A DNA stretch of 64,000 nucleotides from the IMG/VR virus record IMGVR_UViG_3300025133_000026, one strand, 5' to 3'. Within the stretch, counting starts at the first letter, position 1. The number at the start of each line of letters is the position of its first letter. The stretch comes from a virus. A program made the position numbers and the translations under genes. Shown here piece after piece: positions 19,042 to 28,300 of the stretch. Below the pieces are notes generated by a model. The model had not been told where the DNA came from and did not search any database. It saw nothing but the letters and a program-made list of their open reading frames with translations.

Positions 19042-22000
19042 TAGCCTTCATCTCCCAATCCTGTGATGGCCCATTTTTCCCATGTGCTTAAATCGTCACT
19101 ATATGCATTGACGATATCGTGATTATATAGAGAGAAATCAATAAGCCTATTCATAAAACCTTCCTCTGCGTCGTCGACCCAAAGACGAAGCTTTCCCAAC
19201 CATGAATCAAAAATGTTTTCAGGAATATCTTCAGGAATTCCAGCAAGCATGGGGATCCCCCCTTTTGCGAGAGGGATCACCATGCCAATTGTTTTATCTG
19301 TACTCTTTAAGATTTGTCTAAAACCACCGGTTAATTGTGCTCCACTAATAGGTGTTGGATGAGAGACAAAGTTTGCTGTATTTATAAAAAGATTACCTGC
19401 GGCGGCACTTACACCTGTTAAGACTTGCCCCGCAGTCCCCGAGAAAGTATTCGTAGCAAGTAATCCTGCACCAGCGATCACCCCTCCAACAACAACTCCT
19501 GCAGGACCTGTCGCTACACTAGCTACACCGACACCTGCCCACATCCCAGCGCCTCCGCTGAGCAAAGTTCCTCCAGTTTGAGCAAGGCTTTCGTTTAGTG
19601 TTGGGTTCCCAATAGCAGAAGTAAATTCTAATGTATTCCCGAAAAGAGAGCCGGCCGCTTTTAGAGCCGCCCATCCCATTGAATCTAACAATCCAGTCGA
19701 CCCCATTTCATTAACAACAACGACAGCATCTGGAATAACAACAGAAATAAATCCTGTGTTTGGAGAAAAGAAGTGGGTAACTTCTTCAACTTCGACAGGA
19801 CCTGCCATATCATTGTAGTTGTCCATAAGGAAAACAATATCGTAAGGTTTTAGTTCTGGATTTCCCAATAAGGTAAGCTGCCCAGTATACATTTCTTTAA
19901 GACCTTCTTGAATCGCTTTCAAAGAATAGCGTTCGGCCATTGCTTGCCCATTGCAATTTTCAAAGTCCAGATCAGCTAAAAGAATATCTTCATCTGCCAT
20001 GTAAGGATGATATTTATAAATAGCAACTTCAGACTCTGTCCTTCCTTTGCTTATCGATCTCCAAACAAATCCGCCGGCTTCTCCGGCGGCCACAAGGCCG
20101 ATGTTCAGAGAGTTCGCTGATGGCCCGCCCTCACCGAAGGCTTCTTCCTCTCCTCCTTCCGTAGCTTTACTAACATCGTCTATAAAGTCTAGCGCGCGGC
20201 CACCCCAGGTTCTTGCGTTATACCTGACAGCAACACTGTTGTGCATATTATAGGAAGACGTACTAATTTCATTAGATACAATATCGTGATAGCTTGTAAC
20301 AAAATGATATTTGCGGAAAGGCTTAAAGCGTTGACGCAATCCTCTTAAATATAAAGTTAGTGAAGGAATAAGATTGGTTTCTATGCTCTTTCTTTGCGCT
20401 CCAGAGAGAGCAGAAGACCCCAATTGATCTTCTGCTAAATTGATATCTTCTCTTGCCTTGTTCATTGATTCAATAAAAGCTGGAGTCGCATCTTCGGCCC
20501 AATAGCGCTGAGAGGGGATACCAAAGAACATTGTCATTCTAGACCCATAAGGAACAGGAGAAGCGACCCACCCTGGGTGTCTGAAGGTCATCTCTTGAAA
20601 AACATCCCAAATAGTAGTGCTCTTCGGGTGATAAACAATTTGCCTATGGTCCATCCCTCCACTAAAATCCCATAACCCATAATCAATATAAACGTCAGGA
20701 TCAGGAGCATAAATATTATTGTCGGCAGGACTGTCTCTATAGCTGCGCCATCTCTTTAAAAGAAATTCCTTCAGTCTAAGCTCTCCTGCAGCATTAATTC
20801 CTTCTCCAATCCATCCCCGCGCTTGACCCATATTTGCAATTGCACTAGCCCCACTATCAAGAATTCCATCAATAAGAAATGTATCGGTAGTGTCTGTTAG
20901 ATTCTGCTGAATTGCGCGACTAGAAGAAAGCAAAGAGTTGACTTTGTTGTCGTAAGTCTTCTTTGCCGTCATCCATTTTAGACTGTTTCGATAAGTCCTA
21001 TCATTGTTATTAATTGATAGTTGTTCTCCCACTTGTGGCAAATAACCCCACTGCCATTTTCCAAAGTGCATAACCTCAGGAGAGCGAATCATTGAAGAAA
21101 GGAGATCTGTTGTGTTTAGGTATGCTGTCGCAAAGCTAAGAGTTGCGTTAGCCTCTACTGGGCCATCAACAGGAAACTCTTCTCCAGAGATTCCCTTCTT
21201 CATTTGAACTAGTTCGGTTGCATATGATTGACAAACAATTGTCACAATATCGGTATTGTTTGACCAGTGTACTTCAACTACCCTGCCATTAAAAACAGTT
21301 GACAGAAAGTCGGGGTTGTTTGAATATCCCAATCGTAATTGAACATTCATTCCTTCTCGAAGAATGATTGAGTTGAATACATCTTCTTCTGCCGACCCTT
21401 CTTTTGCTCGAGATCGAGATGCACTCATTTTCTCTGATTTTTCTGTTGGATTGGCTAGATCTGTGTTCTTTCCTAACACATAGTCTAGATCAGTAATAGC
21501 TCCTTGAAGTGTTCCGTCAAGAACACCAGAAACATTCTGAAGCTCTACTACACACAAGTCTGCAGGTATTTTCCTTGATCTTGTTAATGAAATTGACCGA
21601 ACTGCATTGTATCCATAGAAGTCATCAAGAGCTGACCAGCTTTCTTCTCCAGAGTCTTCTTCGATAAAATAGAGTTTAAATGTAGGGAAGGCTCTTTTTA
21701 ACAAGTATTTTCGGCTTTCAAAGTCTTGCATAGAGTGATATGCAATTTCTTTTAAAGCATCAATATCAAATTTGTGATCAAGAAGGGGGTCTTTTTCAAA
21801 GACTGTCTCTTGTGCAAGGATATGACTTACTCCACTAAATTTACTATTGAAGTGTTTTTCTACATTGTCCACTTCTTTTCTAAGAGATTCGTAGCTAGCA
21901 GTTCCTCCACTCTTTCTTTTGATAGTTTCTGAGCCGTCAAAATGCTTTCCTATCTTAAACTCTTCTCTAAAGTTTTCAGATTCGAAAGTTCCATCTTGTA

Positions 22001-25000
22001 AAGCATCCATCGAGGCCTTGTTGTTCCTCAGAATTTGGAGAATCTGTTTCTTCAATTTTGGATCAGCACTATCAAATCCTTCAATCCCTGCATTGTCTGC
22101 ATAATTGTAAAAGTAGAAATCAGGGTCTGTAAAAGTACTACTTCCAAAGTATGGATGGTCTGGCAGGTTAAGATCAGGATAACAAGGAGACCTTTTTCTT
22201 GAGGTAGCAGCAGAAGTAAAAATATCCTGAAAGTCAGAGTGTAGCCTTGCTTTTGGGTCTTGCAAAAAAGCTTGTTGGAGAACGCCAGCAATCAATTCTC
22301 TTATCAAGGCTATTAGTTCTAGTTCTTTTGCTTTTTTTGCTCCTGGGCTTAAGGGAGCCACTATCTGCTCAGCATCAACACTACCAAGAAGACCTGTTCC
22401 AGCAACAGCAGTTCCACCACCCAGCAAAGCGCCCAACCCCGCGGCTGCTGCTCCTGCCGCACTCAAGCCAGCACCTATACCTCCAAGAATTCCTGCAACG
22501 AATGCATTGGAAGAATCATCTTCTTTGAATTTATGTGCGGTTCCCAATGTAGCAATTAGTCTATTTCCTAATGTAGACCAAGTTCTATTTCCAAATTCAC
22601 TGAGAAAGTCTTCTTCTCCGTTTATATAAGAGAATCCGGCCACAGTGGGAACGTTTATTAACCGTTTCCCAGTAGTCTGTTCATAGGAAGGAAGGACATA
22701 TTTCTCTATACCAAAGAAAGGAGCTCTTTCAATGATTTCTTGTCTAGTCAATCCATGATAATGACCATCAGAAAGAACAAGGTTTGCAAAGATACAAAGC
22801 TGAGCAATATCTTGTAGCTTTCCTGCCAACCATTCATCACCTACATTGTCTACTGTATATTTGAAATTCCAAGTTTTCCAATACTCTTCTTTCCTTTCTT
22901 CTCCTTTCTCATAAATGGTTCCTGTGTCTTTCTCACTTGGAAGTGCACCACGGTAACCTTTTTGTTCTAAGTGCCCATGTTCGACAGCATGTTTAGAAGG
23001 AGCTGTATCGGGTCGATCTTGAAATACCGAACGAAGAACTTTTCGTTCATAAGGCATCCCAACCTTGTCTTTTCTGGTATATCTTTGAGTAACTGTCCAG
23101 CCCTTTTTCTTTAAGCTAGAAATCTTAGAGGCTTCGCGCACTGAGTCTAAGAACTCTGAATCTTCTGGTGGTGCAGGCGGAGGCGCATGTCTTATATTTG
23201 TGTCTCCACTAGCGATAAAAGCTCTTTGTTGTTGTCCCCCAATATCTTTATTTAATTGAGAAGAAGAAGGGTCCATCCTTACCATTTGTCTTGTCGAGTC
23301 TTGTCGACTTTCAACAATCTCTACTTTGATGTATTTCTCAAAGAGTCTTTCAACAATCTCTGCCATCGTTTCTTCAGTGGAGTAACCAGTACTTTGTAGA
23401 GATTCTCCAGAGAAGGGTTCCGAGGCTGTTAGTTCAAGATCAAAAGTATAAGATCCTGGATGTTGAGGGATCGTATCACTACGCAAATTGTTAACTGCAA
23501 ATTGGCGAGCCCCAATGAGACGAGAGCCGAAACAGGAAACATTGACTGTCCAAGAATCTGGGATTGCTCGAAAAAGTCTTGCATTCTTCTGTAACATTCC
23601 AACCATATCAACAAGGGCTTTGGCTCCAATGGGAATATCATCTGTCTGTTTAGAGAGAGCTGCAAAGTTTAAAAAGAGCTTGCCCTCAAAACTTCCGACA
23701 AGTTGAGACGTAGGTGTTTCATGACTAAGAAGAGGGAGTGTAGCTATTTGATTTCCAAGTGTTGCTGACATTGCTGTGCAAATAAAAGCACTGTTGGATC
23801 CGAACTCACCTTCTGTTAAAGGAACGATTAATTTCCAATCTCTGTAAATTACATTTGCCACATGTGGGGATTTGTAAAGGTGCCAGCCTTGGGCTGCCAG
23901 ATCTTTCATCTGTTCAGAGGTCTGTTCTGACAATTTTTCAAAGTCTACTTCAGAGAAAGTCGGAACAGGACTACTTCCAGAAGAGAAAACAATGGCAGAA
24001 TCACTTTCTTCAATACTCAGAGTCAAGGGATCTATTGGATCTCCATTCCTTCTAACTTCCCAGTGAAGGTGAGGTCCTGTACTGAGTCCAGTACTTCCAA
24101 CGGTTCCAATAAGCTCTCCCTTCACAACTGTACTTCCAAGACCTGTCTCAATAGAATTGAGATGCATAAAAGAGTGTTTGTATCCACCAGCTTCTTGGAG
24201 ATAAACGGTTAAACCATTTGCACTGTTATCTTCAGTTCGGAGTCGAACAATCTTCCCTTCAATAGGAGCCACAACAGGTGTTCCAGTAGGTGCTCCGATG
24301 TCAACGCCGTTGTGTGGCCTATAGACTTTATCTACAGGATGAAATCGATTAGGATTAAAGAGAGAAGTAACAGTTCCTTTTGTTGGAAACAAATAGCTCC
24401 CAGAGTTAAAATTAGAGTTTGTTTCTGCCAAGACCTCTTCACTTACCGTAGCATTCTTTACTAAGGCAGCTACATCGGGACCACTAGGAAGAATTCCGAA
24501 CTCTTTCCATTCTAGAACAACACTTTTTCCTTTTGTATAGGCAGAAGTATTGTATCTCATCACTTGCGCTTCTGGGGTAGCCATAAAGATTGACATTGCC
24601 CAAGCGGCTCCAAAGTGGTCTTCCAGCCCTTTTGCTTGAAGATAATTAATATAGTAACGGTAAATATCAGACTCTTCTGGTGTGACATCTGTGGTTGTCG
24701 GCTCTCTAAAAGGAGAAGGATTTAATCCCGTAACATCGACTCTTTGTTCATCCAATTGGAGATAACGGGGCTGACTAATCGTTTCAAGACTAGAGAAGGG
24801 TGTCTCTTCTTGGAAGATATTCTCTTCTTCTCCTACTTCAATATTATAAATAGTTCTCTTTTTTCCATCAAGGCTTTCAATATTCCAATCCTTTCTCCAC
24901 CTTAGGTTTGGAGCATAAGGGGCATAATTGAAGTAGGAGAGAGTTAGCCCGACCTCAAAAGAGTGAGGAAGTTCAGGCACAGAAACAACATTCATGTCTC

Positions 25001-25307
25001 TGGCAGTGAAAGCCAAAGATACATGCCTTGGCATTGAACTACCAATTGCATTTTTAAGATATCTATTCTTTACATACCAAATAGGAGTATTTTGAAATTC
25101 TAAGACAAGACGATGCAATTGATCTAGATTACCTGGAGTGAATACGAGTCTCAATCCAACACTGATGTCTCCCTGCCCTGTAGGGATCTTCGCAGATTGT
25201 GAACTACGAAGAGTCTTCCATTCGAAATGTTGATTTGAATGGTTGACAGTTATATCCGTAGGCGGAATATCAAAAACAAGATCATTTATTTGAAAGTAAT
25301 TATTCAT
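19041..25307 (-). CDS. Multidomain baseplate hub / tail-associated lysin with M23 peptidase (2088 aa)
   Basis: HNGVDIGAPTGTPVVAP...HLN...IGTVGSTGLSTGPHLHWEV is an intact LytM/M23 domain (about 24030-24390). The C-terminal ISLTRS...ADLCVVEL...VQLRLGYS...VFNGRVVEV is a gp27/late-control-D-like hub. Gly-zipper segments are present. Confidence 0.8.
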   Translation of the reverse strand: MNNYFQINDLVFDIPPTDITVNHSNQHFEWKTLRSSQSAKIPTGQGDISVGLRLVFTPGNLDQLHRLVLEFQNTPIWYVKNRYLKNAIGSSMPRHVSLAFTARDMNVVSVPELPHSFEVGLTLSYFNYAPYAPNLRWRKDWNIESLDGKKRTIYNIEVGEEENIFQEETPFSSLETISQPRYLQLDEQRVDVTGLNPSPFREPTTTDVTPEESDIYRYYINYLQAKGLEDHFGAAWAMSIFMATPEAQVMRYNTSAYTKGKSVVLEWKEFGILPSGPDVAALVKNATVSEEVLAETNSNFNSGSYLFPTKGTVTSLFNPNRFHPVDKVYRPHNGVDIGAPTGTPVVAPIEGKIVRLRTEDNSANGLTVYLQEAGGYKHSFMHLNSIETGLGSTVVKGELIGTVGSTGLSTGPHLHWEVRRNGDPIDPLTLSIEESDSAIVFSSGSSPVPTFSEVDFEKLSEQTSEQMKDLAAQGWHLYKSPHVANVIYRDWKLIVPLTEGEFGSNSAFICTAMSATLGNQIATLPLLSHETPTSQLVGSFEGKLFLNFAALSKQTDDIPIGAKALVDMVGMLQKNARLFRAIPDSWTVNVSCFGSRLIGARQFAVNNLRSDTIPQHPGSYTFDLELTASEPFSGESLQSTGYSTEETMAEIVERLFEKYIKVEIVESRQDSTRQMVRMDPSSSQLNKDIGGQQQRAFIASGDTNIRHAPPPAPPEDSEFLDSVREASKISSLKKKGWTVTQRYTRKDKVGMPYERKVLRSVFQDRPDTAPSKHAVEHGHLEQKGYRGALPSEKDTGTIYEKGEERKEEYWKTWNFKYTVDNVGDEWLAGKLQDIAQLCIFANLVLSDGHYHGLTRQEIIERAPFFGIEKYVLPSYEQTTGKRLINVPTVAGFSYINGEEDFLSEFGNRTWSTLGNRLIATLGTAHKFKEDDSSNAFVAGILGGIGAGLSAAGAAAAGLGALLGGGTAVAGTGLLGSVDAEQIVAPLSPGAKKAKELELIALIRELIAGVLQQAFLQDPKARLHSDFQDIFTSAATSRKRSPCYPDLNLPDHPYFGSSTFTDPDFYFYNYADNAGIEGFDSADPKLKKQILQILRNNKASMDALQDGTFESENFREEFKIGKHFDGSETIKRKSGGTASYESLRKEVDNVEKHFNSKFSGVSHILAQETVFEKDPLLDHKFDIDALKEIAYHSMQDFESRKYLLKRAFPTFKLYFIEEDSGEESWSALDDFYGYNAVRSISLTRSRKIPADLCVVELQNVSGVLDGTLQGAITDLDYVLGKNTDLANPTEKSEKMSASRSRAKEGSAEEDVFNSIILREGMNVQLRLGYSNNPDFLSTVFNGRVVEVHWSNNTDIVTIVCQSYATELVQMKKGISGEEFPVDGPVEANATLSFATAYLNTTDLLSSMIRSPEVMHFGKWQWGYLPQVGEQLSINNNDRTYRNSLKWMTAKKTYDNKVNSLLSSSRAIQQNLTDTTDTFLIDGILDSGASAIANMGQARGWIGEGINAAGELRLKEFLLKRWRSYRDSPADNNIYAPDPDVYIDYGLWDFSGGMDHRQIVYHPKSTTIWDVFQEMTFRHPGWVASPVPYGSRMTMFFGIPSQRYWAEDATPAFIESMNKAREDINLAEDQLGSSALSGAQRKSIETNLIPSLTLYLRGLRQRFKPFRKYHFVTSYHDIVSNEISTSSYNMHNSVAVRYNARTWGGRALDFIDDVSKATEGGEEEAFGEGGPSANSLNIGLVAAGEAGGFVWRSISKGRTESEVAIYKYHPYMADEDILLADLDFENCNGQAMAERYSLKAIQEGLKEMYTGQLTLLGNPELKPYDIVFLMDNYNDMAGPVEVEEVTHFFSPNTGFISVVIPDAVVVVNEMGSTGLLDSMGWAALKAAGSLFGNTLEFTSAIGNPTLNESLAQTGGTLLSGGAGMWAGVGVASVATGPAGVVVGGVIAGAGLLATNTFSGTAGQVLTGVSAAAGNLFINTANFVSHPTPISGAQLTGGFRQILKSTDKTIGMVIPLAKGGIPMLAGIPEDIPENIFDSWLGKLRLWVDDAEEGFMNRLIDFSLYNHDIVNAYSDDLSTWEKWAITGLGDEG

Positions 25308-28300
25308 ATTTACGACGCTCTCTATTTAGCTCTGCTGGAGATAAGACTCTTCTCCTGTCCTCTATTCTACTATTAATACTTGTTTTATTGAGTCGTTCTC
25401 TTAAGGCTTGATGAAAACCTCCCATATTTATTCTGCTCATGTCATCTCGAATACTCATCCTTGTTGATGTGCCCTGTCTAGACAAGGACATGCGTGGTTG
25501 ATGGAATTGACTATCTGGTAAAAAGTCTGTGCTTCCAACGGGCTGATGAATAGACATTTGAGGCTCTTGTGAGCGCTGCGCATTTAGTAATTCTCCAGAG
25601 CGAATTGCATTAAGAATACGGGGGTCTACCTTCTCACCCTCTGCAAGCAAAGGCTGGGGTGAATACCCTGGATCGCCCAGCAACCCAAAGGCCAAGGCTG
25701 AACCTGCGAGACCTAATAGAATAGGGGCTCCGAAGAATCTGTCTCCAAGTTTACCCGCTGCTCGTCGCGCTCTGTCTCCAAGCTCTGTATTGATTGCTTC
25801 TATTGTTTCTCTCGATGCACCAGCAGCTTCAGCTTCTCCAAGCATAGCAGCAAGTACTGCAGAACCAGGGTCTCCGCTTTTCTTGGCAAGTTCTCGGGCT
25901 TTTATTAAGCCTTCAACGCTAAGATCTCTGCCGTGCTGCTCTCTCTTTCTTCTGTATACATCAAAGACTTTTCGATCATCCGAACCGAGATAATCCCCGA
26001 AAGTATTAACAAGCTTATGAAAATAGTCATCATCTACTTTCAAGGTTCTTGTCTCTCCATCGCCCACCGAATAATCAATTCCCGTCGCAAGTTCTTCAGG
26101 AATTAATTCCTGAGATAGGTGAGAGATAAATTTAAGAATATCAGGATCTCGTCCACCACCTGAAGACAATGCTGATGCCAAGTCTCGTGAAAGAGTCGGA
26201 GCTCTCTCTAGCTTCTTAGCCTTGAGGGTACCTGTTTCCTCTGCGACGGCAAGAAGGTTTACAGTTCGAGAAATAAAGTCTTGATCTTTAGACTGGGTGA
26301 GAACCGCATACTTGACTTCTTCAAGGGCTCTTGAAAGTGGCCCAATATCTTTACTGTATCTTTGCTTATAGGCTGCCCGACTAAGACCACCCATTGCTGC
26401 TTGGCTATTGACTTGTTCCATCTGTTTCTTTAGAACTTTGGAAAGAATTTGTTGCTCTGCAGCTCGTGCTTCAAACTGTTGTTCGAACTTTGCCCATCCG
26501 GCTTTGTTTTCTGTCATTATCGAAATTGCATTTTTCTCTTGCATTATTTTGATAGCAACCATATCTTTGTCAAAGTCAAGGGTCATACCAGGAGCCATAC
26601 CGAGATCTGCCTCAATTGTGCCTCCTAGAAGTTGTTTGGCGGACTCATTGAGAATATTAATATTCTTCATTCTGTTCTGTATCACAACACGACTAGAAGA
26701 ATCTGCTGTTTCCAGACCTTGATGAACTCGTAAATAAACAGGCTGGGTTGATTGTTCTCCGACTGTTGGGAAACGCCAAATCATTCCAGCCATTGATGAT
26801 TCACCCTTCATAAAGGCTTTTTTCGAAACAGCATCAAGCTTGGCTCCTCTTGTTAAGTTTCGTGCTTGGTTTTGAGAAAGAAAGACTGTTCTCTTTAACT
26901 CACCAGGGTCTACTTGATCTAAAGTTCCCAAAAGATCTTCTCCAATTGTTCTTCCGGCAGCAGCCCATTCGTCACTACCTTTCCCTGCCTTAAGAACTAA
27001 ATCTAGATCAGAAACACCAGCCGCCTGAACAAAAGAAGAGGCTGGCCCAAGAGAGTTGACGGTTATTCTTTTGTCTGCAGCTAAAGAATACTTTGCCATA
27101 CTCGTCTTCAGTTTCTTGGCAAAATAGCGTGCTTCTTCTGGAGACTTCGCATCTCTTAATCCTGAAACATTTCTTGTTATCTCTTTTGTTATATGTCTAA
27201 AGTCAACTCGACCACTATTCTTTTGTCTATAATATCCAACACCAGTTTCAAGAGACTCTTCTCCAGGAAGCATAAAACGTTCAGGAACAATATCAGCAAC
27301 AGCATCGACTTGAGAGGGAGAAACTTTTCTTAGATCTAAAAGGAAGTCTTTTTTAGGATAAAGGCGCTCCTTGTCAAGCAAGAGAGAGTCGGCATACCCC
27401 ATGACATTCATAGACTCACTTGGAAGCTTACCTCCATGGAGACTACTGAGAGATCTCCTTAGAGTAGCTGCCATTCTCACAGCACCTCTGTTTTCTCCAG
27501 AGATTGCAGACATAAGGTCTTGAATCATCGCAGAAGAGAGGTCTTTGTCTCCCAGTTTCCAGCCGGCAGTCATCAAACCATCAAGACTGCGAGCTTCGAG
27601 TGTTGCAAATCGACCTTTGTTAAGCGTCGGGTCATCAGCAGGGACTAAAGCACCCCAAGAGATGACCCCACTAGCTTGCTCAATACTTGTCATTACTTGC
27701 TTTCTTTCTGCAACAGAAAGACCAACATCTTTTAGAAGACCGCCGAACTTTTTAGCTCCAAGAACTTTAGCCGCACCCTTAAAGGCTGTGCCTGTCTGGA
27801 GCGCACTTCCGAAAACACCAATTTCTCGTGCTTCTAAAAGAGCAGCCCTCATGAAGTCTTCAAGTGTGCCAGCAGCCCCTTTGGCCATCTTGCCTTGAAG
27901 ATAATCCAGAGGAGATACCCCTAGAATTCCCTTCATTTTTTGTCTTCTGTCGGACTCAGCCGAAAGTGTTGCTGATGCCCAGTACTTCAATGCACCTGCT
28001 ACCTGTCTTTTAACACCGTAGGCACCTTGTTTTACAGATGTCGCGCTGGTGGTTACTGCCTCTACTCCTTGTGATAAAAGTTTATAATCAGCGCTATCTG
28101 CATCTGCTGGATTAATGCGGCCGAGAATCGTACCCATCATTTTGTCATCAATAAATTTAAGAGTAGTTTTCCAGCCACCACTAATACCTTGTTGTAGTTT
28201 GGTTCCTTCTCCAAGACCAAAGATACGTTGCATCTGGAGAACTCTGTTTCCAGCCTCGTCTGTTGTTACTCCAATAAGCCTGTCTTGCATTCTTCGTCCT

